Assembly: GCF_000150275.1 (NCBI RefSeq)
Contig: NW_002060945.1
Span: 9,316,011-9,380,010, forward strand
DNA from: Trichoplax adhaerens
Taxonomy: Eukaryota; Animalia; Placozoa
Length of the DNA: 64,000 bases
Reading direction: 5' to 3'
Position 1 is the stretch's first letter. Every line of letters begins with the position of its first letter. Below are positions 14,595 through 28,700 of the stretch, piece after piece. Under the pieces are notes generated by a model that had not been told where the DNA came from, ran no database searches, and saw nothing but the letters and a program-made list of their open reading frames with translations. The translations under genes were made by a program, and so were the position numbers.

Positions 14595-14681
14595 TACTAC
14601 ATCCCAACAGTAGATATCGGGGAAGACTATCGTGGCAGTGAGCGCATAACGTATAGTTCCCACTAGTAGTGTCTAATTTGT
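14595..14681 (+). pseudogene. Possible kringle-domain remnant
   Basis: YYIPTVDIGEDYRGSERITYSSH**CLIC resembles the kringle start CY...G..YRG....T.SG..C..W, with two in-frame TAGs. Confidence 0.3.
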
Positions 14682-17600
14682 CGATGCAAATTGCGGTTTA
14701 TAACAGGCTATAAATGGTATGGCACATTTAGCTATACCGTATTAGCACAGAAAAGTCTGTACTTCATGCATTATTAAGGTAGATAAAGTTAAGATTCGAG
14801 GATAACTCCACGATATATGCATCTTTAGAACAGATAAGTAAGTTTGCACGCCCATATTTTAATGTATTGCTTGGGGTAGGCAACGGTAAATTTCATTGTA
14901 TGTAAATCTACTTAGGCACGTGCAACAATGGTTAGCCTATATTTTATTGCCTTATCTAGAGTAGTTCGAGATAAAATGACGTTACCCTTCTGCATATTTA
15001 GCATATGCAAGTCTATATAACTTTATAGGCCGCATAGAGCAGATCAAGATTAGAATACCTTCTAAATCTGCACCATTTACATCTCGAATAGCTACTATGC
15101 GTAATAAGTAAGTCTATATCTTGCCGACCGTTTTGAGCTATACATACATGAATTTATATTCTAAATATACATTGAATTATAAAACTAGTAGTCTAGTGTG
15201 CAGTTACAGCTAGTTCTATTATTTGTACATCAACAATCATTAGTATCCGGTATATTATAGCTTTATATTCTCTTAAAGTACCTTCCCTTTTTAATCTCAA
15301 TGAAAGTAATTGTGGTACCAATAGATTTTAAGAATCATAAGCAATCATTTACAAACTTTTTAATGCTATAATCATACAAATAACGTCGATTTTGTCCTTA
15401 TTAGTCGAAAATAGCAGCAGTAACTGCTTAAGAAATTTGCTCATATAAATGGAATCTAAATCTGTAAATAATATTAATCATTTGCGTTTACAACATATCG
15501 GTAGTCGTCATAGACTCGTATTATTGCTTACACTCCGTCAACGCAAATTGGTTTAAAGCCTAAGTTTAATTTAAATACGTGTTATAAGGTAACTTTAGTA
15601 GAAGGCTTTTAAATTGATATCATTGCCAGTGGCTTTATCATAAACATTTGAGAATTTCGCTAATCTTAAAGTTGGTTAATAAATCAACCATTAGATCTTG
15701 TTTGCATAACTTTATTATTTTATCTCCATTAGATGTGTAACTTCAAAACTTATATTTAAAGCTTCAAGATGGACTAATTTTATTGTTGTACGATAAACGA
15801 ATTGCTTTAATAGATTAATGCCATCGGAATACTAACCATTGCATTATGCTTTAAGTTCGGGGCTACTAAATTTCAATTAGTTACTGATTTTGCACTTTCT
15901 TCGACTTGATAGTGACACAATTTAAGCTAGCAGGAGAATGAAACATTAGCTAAGGTCTGACTTTTCCAACTTATCATGAAAGTAATCCTTGAAACTAACA
16001 GATTTAAAGCATAGCCTCAGATCATCCGACTCATGAAATGTATAAGGCCATAATTCCCAAATATCCACCCTTTAAATAAAATTTAAGCTTGTATGATGCA
16101 TATCAGCGATTATTATCTTGAGGTCAATGTGATCAACTTCTCTACTGTATTGAAATTCATGAACTAGGTACCAATCATTGATATTGCACCGTGTGCATAA
16201 AGTACTTCGCTACTGAGTAGAGCAATTTTTAACTACAATTCGTCTCTTGTATTCCTGTTAAATGCATTTAAACTAAATTACAATCACGTAGGATCATAAT
16301 CGTTCATTAATCGTGTATGTTATAACGCTATCGTTTAAAGATTTTCCTTCTATTAATTTTCATGACTAAGTTTATAATATTCTACGAGAAAGATTACCGC
16401 ATAATCTTGTTTTAGAATATCAATAATTAATAATCTGCACTGCATTGAATTAAGTTATCAAATACATATAAAGAATATTATACAACGGATACTATCATTA
16501 ATGTTCGTTTCAGCAATTTACATAAAATTAATTAGCAAGTTTATCTCTGTTCTGATAATCTTTCCAAGGAATTGTAAACGAAATGTTGCAGTGGTAAAAT
16601 TATTTTCAAATTCTGATGTTGAATTCCGTCATAGCCTACGGTATGGCTTAGCAATTTTCAATTATAATACATTATACTACTTAGCAGCAGTTTACGTAAA
16701 CTATCAAGAAGGAAAATATTCACGTATACATCCTAAAATCCTTATAAGTATGATTTCGGAATGAGATCTATCATTTATTATAGTTAAATTTGTATTTGAA
16801 AAAATTTTTCTCATGGCAAACTGACATGATATTATAGTAATGCTATGAATAATATCAAATTCGATTCCATCAAAATCTTATAATTTGCGAAAAATATGCA
16901 TCTTATCCGTAACGTTTGCAAAGAACAAATAATAATTTAATGGTTGACAATGTATTCATAAAATTGAGAAGACAGTTTTAGTCTGCTTAGCAGTTAATTA
17001 TTGTCGCCGCTTCTTCCGTATTTCCTACATTCAGTTCTATATCTTTGACATTTTTAGATATTAAATAGAATCATGATAGAAATCGACTGACATATTGCGG
17101 AACTATATAACTTAGTCGTCGATATATTAATCAATTAAATATTACTTCGATCTATTATAATAGTCTATCATTGTTATAATGTCTGCCGCACATTTTCTTC
17201 ATTCTAAGCAATGGAACAATGACATATTTCAAGACCTATATTGTGCTTAAAACAATTATTAGATTAATTGTACAGATATTAAAATAGAAAATTTACTTGA
17301 TCGCTTCATTTAAAGTTCTATCTTCTCATGTAATACTACACTTGCTATCATGCTCATTATGATCGTTTGAATCTATAAGACTAATGGGAGAAAAATTACT
17401 TTGTGTTAATAACCCAAAATTACTTCTCCTTCGTTCTGCCTGATTCAGTTTATGAGCCAGACATCTCTTCAATACCGATATTATGCTCGATCTGATCGTA
17501 GAACTGTAACAATTACATAAATAGATCTAAAAAGATTCCATCAACACTTTCAGACTATAGTTGTAGCTATAGCTACGCGAAATTACGCCAACGTCTATGA

Positions 17601-18880
17601 TGAGCTTCGATTCAGCACACACTATTAAGTTATTTAAAGCTATACCGGATACTTTCTAATACAGATATTATATTAAACAAATTAATGACTTTTTACCTAT
17701 CATGAACAAATGTTATAGGGGAAAATATTACCTAAGGAACCAATTGCTTTAATTCACCGATATAATTTTAAGTCTACTTTCCTTGAATTAAAAAAATCAC
17801 ATCATTCAGTGAAAACAATGCGCTTAACATGGCTATTACATTCTATCAAATTATCATCATAGCCAAGATGATATATGCAATAGCAAAATAATCGTTGTCA
17901 AACCGATTCTTCAATTCATAGCTGCAATTATAGCCTCTACTATAAATTTGTGATTCTAAGCTTATCTAAAGATACTGATATTTTGCAATATTGGTTCTAT
18001 GCTCAATTAAGCTACTATCATGCACATGCTGGAAGGCGTATAAAGATGAATATCTAAGAGATCGATTTCAATTCGTAGCTATTATAACTTCCCTTTTTCT
18101 AAATTATTAACTCTGGATTTATTTAACAGTAATAATGCATTTCGATATGAATCTCATACTCATTTCAATTATCATAGCCGCACCAATGCGTATAATGAAG
18201 AATCACTCTTTAATTGATTAAAGAAATTTAATCCGTAATTATGATCACCTGCTCTACTCAAATTTTATCCTTTATCATTTAATTATAACGATACCCTCAG
18301 CATGGATGTAATGCTCGACCCAATTATCATTATGGCCATGTGATATACATATAATTGAAAAATAATTTCGATCAAAAAAGTGGATCATTTCCACCCAAGG
18401 CAATGATTCCTTGCTTGTTCCCAAATTGGTAATTTCTAATTCGCTTAATAATTTGGACGCCTTTTCATGGTGGGGTTAACTATAGTGCTTTATAACGCAG
18501 ATTATAACTATTGTTATCTAAAATATTATATTTAAAGTAATTATCGTCATCACCTTTTTGATCTACATGATAAAATAGTAATTATAATTGTTATTTAATA
18601 ATATATTATTTCAGCTCATAGCAGAAATCTAGAAGTATAGTCATCTAGAATATTTCGATCGTTGTAGCAGTTATCGTTTCGATCTATATGAAGTTAATTA
18701 TTATTTTAGTAATGAATAATATAACGAGTAATAAGGAAGGGAATTTGTATTTAATGGTGAATAATTTTACTACACAATAGCAATCTATAATTCTAAGGAT
18801 CTCTTTTAGATCTCCTATTTTAATTTTGCATTAATTGGGTAATCATTGCAATATCAGAGTACGCTATATAGTATAATAGT

Positions 18881-19053
18881 ATTATGTTGACATGGAATAG
18901 GAAACTGTCGTAGAAATATATGTACTATTAACACATAGTCGATTTATAAAATCGATTTAGAGCGTATTATTGTTGACATGGAATAGGAAACTGTCATGGA
19001 AATACTAGTACAATCAATACATTTAGACGATATGCAATATCGATTTAGAGCGC
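18881..19053. repeat. Tandem duplication, ~86 bp x2
   Basis: TGTTGACATGGAATAGGAAACTGTC...ATCGATTTAGAGCG occurs twice. Confidence 0.85.
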
Positions 19054-19349
19054 AAAATTGAATGATTTACGCTTTAACTTAGAGGAAGTTGCCAGGAAGA
19101 AATAATAAAGGCAATCGTCGTCATCAAGCCTTTGGCATATCGCCAACCTATTCACATTGAATAAGATTACGATTTTTATACATTATCGTTATTGTAGTGA
19201 ACATGTACGTATTGATATTATTGATGAGTAATTGAAATTCAGTTCTTTCATTTACCGCGGTACCATTCTGATACAGACGAAGAAGGAAAGAGTCAAATAA
19301 ATAGGGTAGTATAAAAGTTGAATAGAGAATGTAGCAGGTGCAAGGCACC

Positions 19350-20486
19350 AGTCATTCACAAACGCGATCAGCCAGCCAACTTAGTATAGATCTATCTCAA
19401 AAATATTCATCAACGTTTATTTATATTCTCCACACGGTAGATTAAAAAAGTAGATATTGAAAAAACAACAGACACTATAGAATCTACCAATTAGAATGGA
19501 CAATATATTTACAATAATATTATTACAGGCCGCCCTTTCTTATGGCGATGATGAATCATGCTGAATATTAAATTGAAATTTTCACCGACACTATGACGAC
19601 GCAAGAGGAAATAATCATCTTCTTAGCTTTCATATCATTCTTCGACTTGAATTTTTTCATATTAATTTCACAATCTACAAAATATTGCAGGAAAAGAAAG
19701 TATGTACTTTAATGAGTGACTCGAATATAATAATGACCGCTCTATGCTTTTATTTATGTTCATGCTAAGTTAAGAAATATTAATGGTAGAGTTTATTATT
19801 ATAGTCCGAAAATTTATAAATTATAGGTCATCAAATATCTACTTGCTCTTACCAAGGCATAATATAAGCTTAATTATGTCCATCAGATTCTTATACCTAA
19901 ATTTTAACAAGTCATCTTTTCTGAATAACTTACCTTTAATGTAGTAGACGATAATTTCACTTCGATTTAGTTCGAATATCTTTCCCAGTCTTACTAATTT
20001 ACGAGTATATATGATACAAGTGATCATAAGCAGTAATGGCATTTTTCAATAAAGTTAAAGCTAACTATAAATAATTACAAGATTTATGTAGCAGGTAAAG
20101 CTTTGACTAACTTTAATGGATTCTTAATCTTTAAATTACGTGACTTATGATATAGCGAGTGTTTCCATTTTTTTATTCAGAATTTTTAGTAATAAGGTAG
20201 ACGATACCCAGAAAAAATATTACAGTAGTATTTCAAATTAACATAAGCCACCGCCATTAGTCTGTGATATTATTAGTCAAGATTTCACTTGGCAACACTA
20301 TCGAACCAATTCAGAAGTAACTAAAGAAAAACATACGGTATGAATCCTAAAATATCGTTTTGATCATTTCTATTATTGTACATTGCATTCTAGATCGAAT
20401 TATTATCTCCTCAGCACTACCTAATTTCTAGCATTCGTTGTAATACTCATCAGCATCAAATTATCAAGTATTTCCAGATATATTGA
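19350..20486 (+). other. Putative non-coding 5' UTR exons of the RasGEF (ending 19699; 20181-20337; 20394-20486)
   Basis: Strong splice signals in order: |gtatgt 19700, ttttattcag| 20180, |gtatga 20338, cattctag| 20393, |gtaagt 20487; downstream acceptor ttcgtag| at 25252. The 20181-20337 exon has stops in all three frames. Start coordinate is approximate. Confidence 0.35.
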
Positions 20487-23400
20487 GTAAGTAGCTATGT
20501 AAAATTCTAATTTTAGTACGATAAAAAAGTAAATTGAATTGAAATTTCCGATTAAATAGAAAGCAGACCTAATGAGACCGGTTTAGCTAGTAAATACTGA
20601 TTCTGAAATGCATCTTATGCCAAGCACCATGCTATTTACTTGACATTCATACATCTAGATATGACTAAACTGCCCGATTTACGGCACTAAATCGCTATTT
20701 TGTAGGGGTCCTTAGCCCAGTAGGCAGAGATTTCATTTAAAGTTTCTTTTATGGGTAGTAGTAGCATCGTCAATTAATTAAATTATATGTCAACTACAGA
20801 GTTATATCTGCTAGGAGGTTTTTAATATCGAAGATAATTCAAGGTCAAGCTTTAATAACATTTTTATCTTTATCCATTCTTAATATTATCTACTTGAGGT
20901 GTAAAAAGGGAACTATAGTAATTTAACTTGTTGGTAAGTAGAACCATATTCGTCCTACAGAAAGTTATAGTTGGTCTTTTTTTATTACTTTTCTTAACCT
21001 TAATCACTAGCTGATAGCTATAAAATCATAATTGATACAAATCATTATAAAAGTAAATTGCGAGCTTTATTTGATGTTATACTGCTATACTCGTTCAATT
21101 ACGATCACAACTGAGTTAATGTTGCCATCTACAACACAGTAACTCAACGGGTATTCAACAGCATATAATAAGAAATGATAACTAGAATAGTTGCAAACAG
21201 TCAATGCTCTATGTTGTTACATATGAGATGTTATCTGAACGAATATTCAGGTAAAATACTGATCATAAATTATCTCAATCTTAATATTGCAACGCTTTTA
21301 GGAATGTAGAATGTTCATTGCGCTTGAAAATTTACCAATGTTATTACTTTGATTTCATCAGTCACTAGAAAATTGAAAAATGGGTTAAAATTCAAATCAG
21401 AAATTTATATCTTGATCAGCTCCATAGTAGAATGAAATAAATGTAATAGGCCTTTAGTCGTTAGAAAAATTATTCAACAAAATATGAAATAAGACTTCAT
21501 GATTTTGATTAGTTATATAGTAAAATAGATACAATAAGCACTTAATCACCTGGAAAATAATTAATCAACAAAAATATAAGTCCGAAATTTATAATCAGAT
21601 CAACAAAAAGATAAATTAGATGTAACGGATTATAGCTATACTTGTATTGTTGTGCCCCTCAGGAGTATCAATATCAACGATACTTCAGTTATAGCCAAGA
21701 TCGGTTTTCAATTCATATTCTACTATTAATAGACATAGAAGCTTCCTGCTTAATTAGCTACAATTTAGAGATCGTAAGCCTTAACTGTATTTAGATAAGC
21801 ATTAAAAATTAGCTGTTTTAAATACTAGACGATGCTTTATATTCTAACACGGCTCTCTGGGATAGTATGAAATATTAATTGATTAATTACTTTCATTTAT
21901 GGGATCAGTAAAATATTATGCTATTAGTCCTTTAAATACCGTAATAGATTATACATATTATTCACTTCACTTTATTGCTTCAAAATTATGCTAATCTCGT
22001 TGGTTTAATAGCAATTTAGAGTATCAATTGTTGACCAAACTTGGAGTAGGAGAATAGAATAACATTACGTAAATATAAGATTGTCTCGCTTAACTTGAGA
22101 TATCAAAATTATAGCACGTCTCAGCCTTGGCAAATGATGCCAATATCTGACTATTTCAAGAAAGTTGTTTAATACTTATGATAAAATCATTTATTAATAC
22201 TATTCACAATCTATAGTACATGTAAAATAGATAAAAAACAAATAGCTTATGCTTGAATATCATTATATTATTACGAGCTTACCAATATTTAAACTGTAAT
22301 TTTTATCAATTTTGAAAGGATATCTTCATAATTAATTATCATAATCTGTGGATATGCTGGAGAATAAAACTGAAAAGGCAATCTTATAGCTGTGATATTT
22401 GCTGAAGTGTAAAAAATACTGTAATTTATTTAATATTTTGAATTTTGAGGACTAACAAACTTTATAATAATATTAGTTGGCTATAAAATTTATCAAGTTT
22501 CATTAATACTTGTGATATGTCAGTCTTCGGACATAATTTTAGAGAATATTATCAAACAGTATACATTAAACTCTAACAAGATGACAAATAAATCATAACT
22601 TGTACTAAATTAGCAAATTATTTAGTTTCATAATTTCAAATAACATCTTTTAAATTATGATTACTTATCTAAATAGGTCAAATATCTTAGAAAAGCCCCA
22701 TTACATCATTTCTACAATATGTACTTTTAAATGATGTAATACGAAGTTGTTTTCTTAAATTATAATATGATTAAAATAGAACATTTAATTAAAAATTAGC
22801 ATTCAATCCAAGGATTACTATTTAAAGAATAATGAGTTTAAGTTAAAGATTCTTATATTGCTCCTTTGATCATAAAATTGATTAAAGTAAACATGAAAAT
22901 TAAAGAGTTAAGTGCAGTTTTACAAGTCTTTATGATATAGTAATATAATTTTTGGATTCTAAAAGTTTAAATATTTCTTCGACTATGAATAATATTGGAA
23001 TGTTATATTTAAAGATTACTAATTAATATAATTAATTCTAATTATGTAATTACGTAATGTAATGAATATTTATTTGGATGTTAACGTTTCAGTAAACTAA
23101 ACTAAGGTAGTGACCGGCAACATTATGCGGTAGATAAAACTCCTCAATTAATGGCAGTAAAAAACAATAGTAGTATCATGATTTCTAGGTTGCTGTAATA
23201 GCCATGATGTCACAATACAATAAATTTATAGTGCTAATTATTAATCGCTTAGGTTTATAGTTGGTTTTTAAAAAGCTATTCTTAGCATTATATTTACATT
23301 ATGTCGGATCATCGCTAGCATTCAGATCTTTCCGAGAACTAAATTATTAGTCTGTTCAAATGCTATATGACAATTTATGTTCGTAACTAGCGGCTCTAGT

Positions 23401-25303
23401 TTATTTGGAATGTCGGTTTGAAAATTGTATTAAACCATTACTACTTCCAGCACATCTTAAATGATTTGAAAGCATTAGTCTTTAACTAACCTAATTAGCT
23501 AATTAGATAATATTTAATCGCTTTATATTCATAACCAATGACTAGAATTCATTCTTGGTTATAGTTTACATAATATCCTATCGGTAGTACTATCGTATTC
23601 TTCAATTTGCTCACCTATTTATTCAATTCCTATCTGATCATATTACAATTACGATAACGTCTATTATAATTATAAGAGTATAATCTTGATAATATTTTAA
23701 AACTAGGTCGTATGATAAACCATTATTTCTATCCATTTTTACTGATTTATTTAAAATCTACCCTCATTCCATTTATCCAAATATTGAAATTGTTTCCCAG
23801 TTATACACTACATTTGAGGCGGATATTATTCGAAGATATACTATACTACGAAATATACTTTATCGTAAATATACTTATTCTAACAGATCTAATTATCACA
23901 TATTCGTAATTAGCATCTACAATTTATTCTTGGTAAGAATTTAGAATTTTTCTCGTATCATTTGCTATCTACCTATTTTTTCTACTTCTTAATTGATATA
24001 AAAATAGATCTTTAATTTAATTCTCAAATGGTATTTAATTGTTTTATAGTCTTGATTATTACTTACAGATGAGTCTTGATGCACATATTATCTGACAACA
24101 TACCTTATTACGAGTATGCATACTCTTCTATTCCAATGACGATATATCAAGCTACTTATTTAAAAGAAGTTTAATTGTTTTATATTCATAACTAGCAGCT
24201 ATAATTTATTGCTGAAATTTTTACTTATCACACGCTATATTCTTACTAGTCATCAGAATTTCCAGTTTAATATGAAATAGACTCTCATTCGAAGTCTCCA
24301 ATGATATTTAAAAGTTATATGTCCATAATTGGTACCCATAATATAATTTTCCTCTGTCTTTTTTAATTGATGTAGATACTGATCGTCTCTTGCTATTTCA
24401 ATATGAGATTGTTTTCAATTCATGATTAACTTACATCCATAATTTTGTCTACGGACTTGAAGATTCATTGCATACCATAGCTTTTCTCTTGTGCCTATTA
24501 TATGTAAATTATGTCCTCAATCGATCTCTATCCAAATAATATTATCTTAAGGATAATAGATACGGTTGTTTTTATTAAATAGGATAATATCGAACTGCTC
24601 GACTTCCTCAATCCTAGAAAAATTTCTTTGTTATTTAAATTGACAAATTATCTCAACGTTGATATTCAGCAGTAATACGATTTTTATTTTCTTTCATGTC
24701 ATTTGCTTTAATTTACATTTGTATAGATGTTTACTATTTTACAAAATAGCCTTGAATCTTTTATTATCTAAGTATTGATGATACAGACAACAAATGTCCT
24801 TTGGTTCCAAATAATATACCGAGCGATAATCAACATTGAACCTTAAGGGGTTAAAAATAAAATATAAGGCTGCCCTGTTATTCAATCCTCGTTAGGAATT
24901 TCACACTTAACGTAAAAATAACAGCCATCACAATCATTAATATAATAAATCAAACTCGTAGTTAATATTCATTTTGATGACTGATCAATAAAGTGTAATG
25001 TTTTGACTTTACCCTTTCTTTTAAAATTCAACATTCTATACTATTTAAATCAATACTATCGTGTTTTAAGATAATCGGGTAGGAATAAACTGCGTTATTT
25101 TGTCTTATTTGTTTAGTTTTATCTCATTCTCATATTGGAATCATTTACAATCATTTTACAGTATTGCAGACAGAAATTGCTTAAAGTAGAAACTATCTAC
25201 TTATCGCCAATCAGCTAAGTTCAATTAATACTATCCTCTCTTTCATTCGTAGAGCTTATCGAACTAGTAGGAAAAACAATCGGTTAAACATCTAGAAATT
25301 AAC

Positions 25304-25712
25304 ATGGCTGCAAGTTTACCGATGGAAAAGGATCCAAAGCAAGCATTAGAAGTTTATCGACAATGGAAAGACCAAGGCACTAATGACTCATGTTCTATCG
25401 GCCAATTAATAACTCAACGCCGTTCTGCAGTTATTTATGAAGATTTTATTCCTATTTGCCAAGATTTACTTGATTTCTGTCAATTATGTTATAAAAGCTT
25501 AACAGATGATTGCCAAATTAATTCAAGTTATTATCAACCGAGAGTCAACAAAATTATTCAATTAATAGAAGAGCTATATCGGATTATGCTAAATTTATGC
25601 CAAGTAGAGCAAACCATTCTTCAAATTCAACAGGAAAATTCTGCGGCAGCAATCGATCTACAAGCAGTAGCATTACTAAAAGATCACAAAGATACTGATA
25701 GCGTTCCGTGGG
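25304..25712 (+). CDS. RasGEF coding exon 1 (helical N-terminal region)
   Basis: ORF MAASLPMEKD...DSVPW, in-frame TAG upstream at 25268-25270, donor G|gtaaga at 25713; joins in phase 1 to tttag|GT ATA ATA GAT at 28932. Confidence 0.8.
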
Positions 25713-28700
25713 GTAAGAAAACGTTGAAATATATCATGGATAGAATCTAATTATATTCAGTCGTTTTTACTTTCGTTTTAGCGATCTTTCCGGAAATTTA
25801 TGATCCGATGCAATATTTTGTTTTTTGTTACCAATATAGCTGCTTTGATAACTGAGTAAAGGACTAACTAATAATAATGCTATTACTCCAATCTTATCAA
25901 TCAAGTTTTACGATTATAGTTTATTAGGATTATTTAAATACCGAGAAAAGAATTCGATGAGTCTATCTTAATTGTATCTCCAACTAAATCGAACTTTATA
26001 AAACCCATTTTCTTGATTCGTATATCAGCTTTGCATACTAACTTAGAATTAATTTATGTAATGGAATTTCAACGAGATAGAAATGATGCAATTCATCATC
26101 AACAGTCTAGTATTTATTGATTATGGGACTGTCTAATTTTTATTGATTAACTTTAATGCTGGCCTTTTTTACCCTTTATAAGATTGCTCAACAATCTCCC
26201 AAAATTCTATCGATCAAAGAACCTTAATCAGAATTAACATAGACTCTTAATTTCCTATATTAAATCCCATATTGTATTTTTTTGTATGCAAAGTTATTGT
26301 TGTAAAGTTGTTTAAACTCCTACTTTTAGTTCAAAATTGATTAGCATTGTACTAGTTCTGGCTGATATATTGAAGATACAGCGGTAATATAAGTTTCCTG
26401 TAGGACTAGAAAAACTATTTTACGAATAGATTAGAGAATATAGATGTGAATGAAAGGTAGGTTGTTAATTTATTCCATTAATTTTGAACTTACTTACCTG
26501 ATATCCATTTTAATGTAAACGAGTGACTTATCAAATAATAACTTTTTTAAATAGTGAAAATTTTATTTATTAATAAGCTCAGAGCTATATGGTGATTTAT
26601 TCCAACCCTTTACAGTATAAATTGAGTAAATGGCTAAGGCATTAAAAGATAGCATAAGAATCCAGAATAGTTCACACAATGTCATAAAATTGGTGTCAAT
26701 ATACACTAAAATGATTAACTAAAAAGGATTAAGTTTGCACTTTACTTTTGGTAGGTGTTAAGCTATATAATTTATCATTGTTTATCACAAAAATGACTGG
26801 TACTAAAGGGAATCTTATGGATTAGCATAAATTTCAGGTGGAATTTGTGTCCGATATACTAAAAGAATCCAATCCAATCTGGTTCATTTATCACTTTATA
26901 CATCATATGTGTTTACGCATCGTAGAAATCGATAAAATTTCTCTATTGCTGGCTAGCACAGATTCTAACTAGTAAGGCTTAAATATCTCCTAAAATTACT
27001 GCATATCTGAATAAATTCAGCAGAATTTCCCTATTACAGAGATAGATATAGGATTGAATTGAGTGCACTACTTATAAATTACCGACAAAGAATATTCTAA
27101 TAAAAAATCTACGAAGTTTTTCCTGCTGCCGACATGACACTAGATTAAATCTAATAAGCACTGCTTGAAATCTCAGAGAGTTAAGGGTTGATGGAAATGA
27201 TATTTGATCACTCACATAGAATATCAAATAATTAGACAAAGTTAAGGATTAATTGATCGTTAATTAATAATTTCATAGATATACAACTTTACGTATATTT
27301 TAAAAGGTTAAATTTTGTGTAGATATATCTATATCCCTCGTTTTATTTATTACTACTTCCGAATAAGTCTAACGGAGCTTCCTATTACAGATATTGATAT
27401 AGGACTGAATTTAGTATATTAATACTTATGAATTACTGATAAGGAATATCGTAAATAAAATCCATAAAGCTTTCCCACTGATTACATAGTAATGATGGCA
27501 TTGGATTAAATCTAGTATGCGTTTCCTGAAATTCTTGACGGTTAAGGGTTGATTGTTCAATAATTATAATTAGACGAAGTTAAGGATTAAACGATCGTTG
27601 ATTAATAACCTCCTAGGTGAACAACTTTGTTTTAAAGGTTCAATTTTATGTAGAGCCATTTCACTTCTCTAGTTGCATTTACTGCTACTTTATGCTTCAG
27701 GCAATAATTGAATAATTACTTAACATTATTAAAAATGTTAGAATAGAAAATAAACGGAATAAATGGTAGGTCTTTAGTTCTAGCATTCGAGTAATGAATA
27801 TAATAAAGTTGTAAAGGTATAACATATAATTATAATATGGTTTCAAATTGATTACTCTTTCATGAATTCTGTGATGACTATGACAATATTATGCTATAGC
27901 CTCCTTAACTATCAGATCTTTCCATAATCTACTATTATTACGGAAGGCTCTAATCTATTGTAGCCTAACTCCTTGTTAGATATTCTACGCCAATAATTGA
28001 TATTTTATATTGTTATATACTGCATCTTCGTGGAGCTTTTATATTGTTGGATATCCTGTCATGGGCACCAGGTCATCTTAATTACAGTTTTCTGATTGAC
28101 ATAAAGTACATAGAATAATCTATTACTATATAAGTACAGATAAATTCCTTTAGGAATATCCCATTAAACGTTGGAGATTATGATAATTTATTATGGTATA
28201 TAAATTGATGGATAAATATCGCTATCTCTTATGAAGCTAATAATTGCATCCTGATCTACGATATCGATGAAGGTTATGATATTATAGGGATATTATGATG
28301 GAGGATATTTAGGGTTTTATGCTATGAGATAGGATCGATTTTATTAATTGATACACTGCTTGAAAAATATCCTCGATACCCTGAATACTATTCTAACTCA
28401 ATAGCAAATTCAATTTACTCAACTTAAAAGGCATTCTGTATCCTTTACGATATTACTGAATTAAGTCAATCTTCTTGGCTAGAAACTGTCCAACTAGTAA
28501 ATCGAACTAGTTGCATTAATGAATAGCGTAATACTATCAGAAGAGTATCGACCTACGGAGAAAGTAGGAGATTATAAAGGCAAATAAGTGCCTACTCGAT
28601 ACAGCTTTACTAATCACCATTTCAATTTTAAATGACGTAGATTGTATAGCTGATGGATTCGATATTTATTTTAGCAATGAATAGCATGATATTATCAGTA

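Noticed and set aside
925-23909. Remaining 60-92 aa ORFs in the first 24 kb
   Set aside because: I/L/F/Y/N/K-rich translations typical of random AT-rich DNA; no motifs or splice support.
28438-28446. Perfect U12 donor-like GTATCCTTT inside RasGEF intron 1
   Set aside because: The upstream candidate exon has a stop in the required frame and no U12 branch site precedes the 28931 acceptor.
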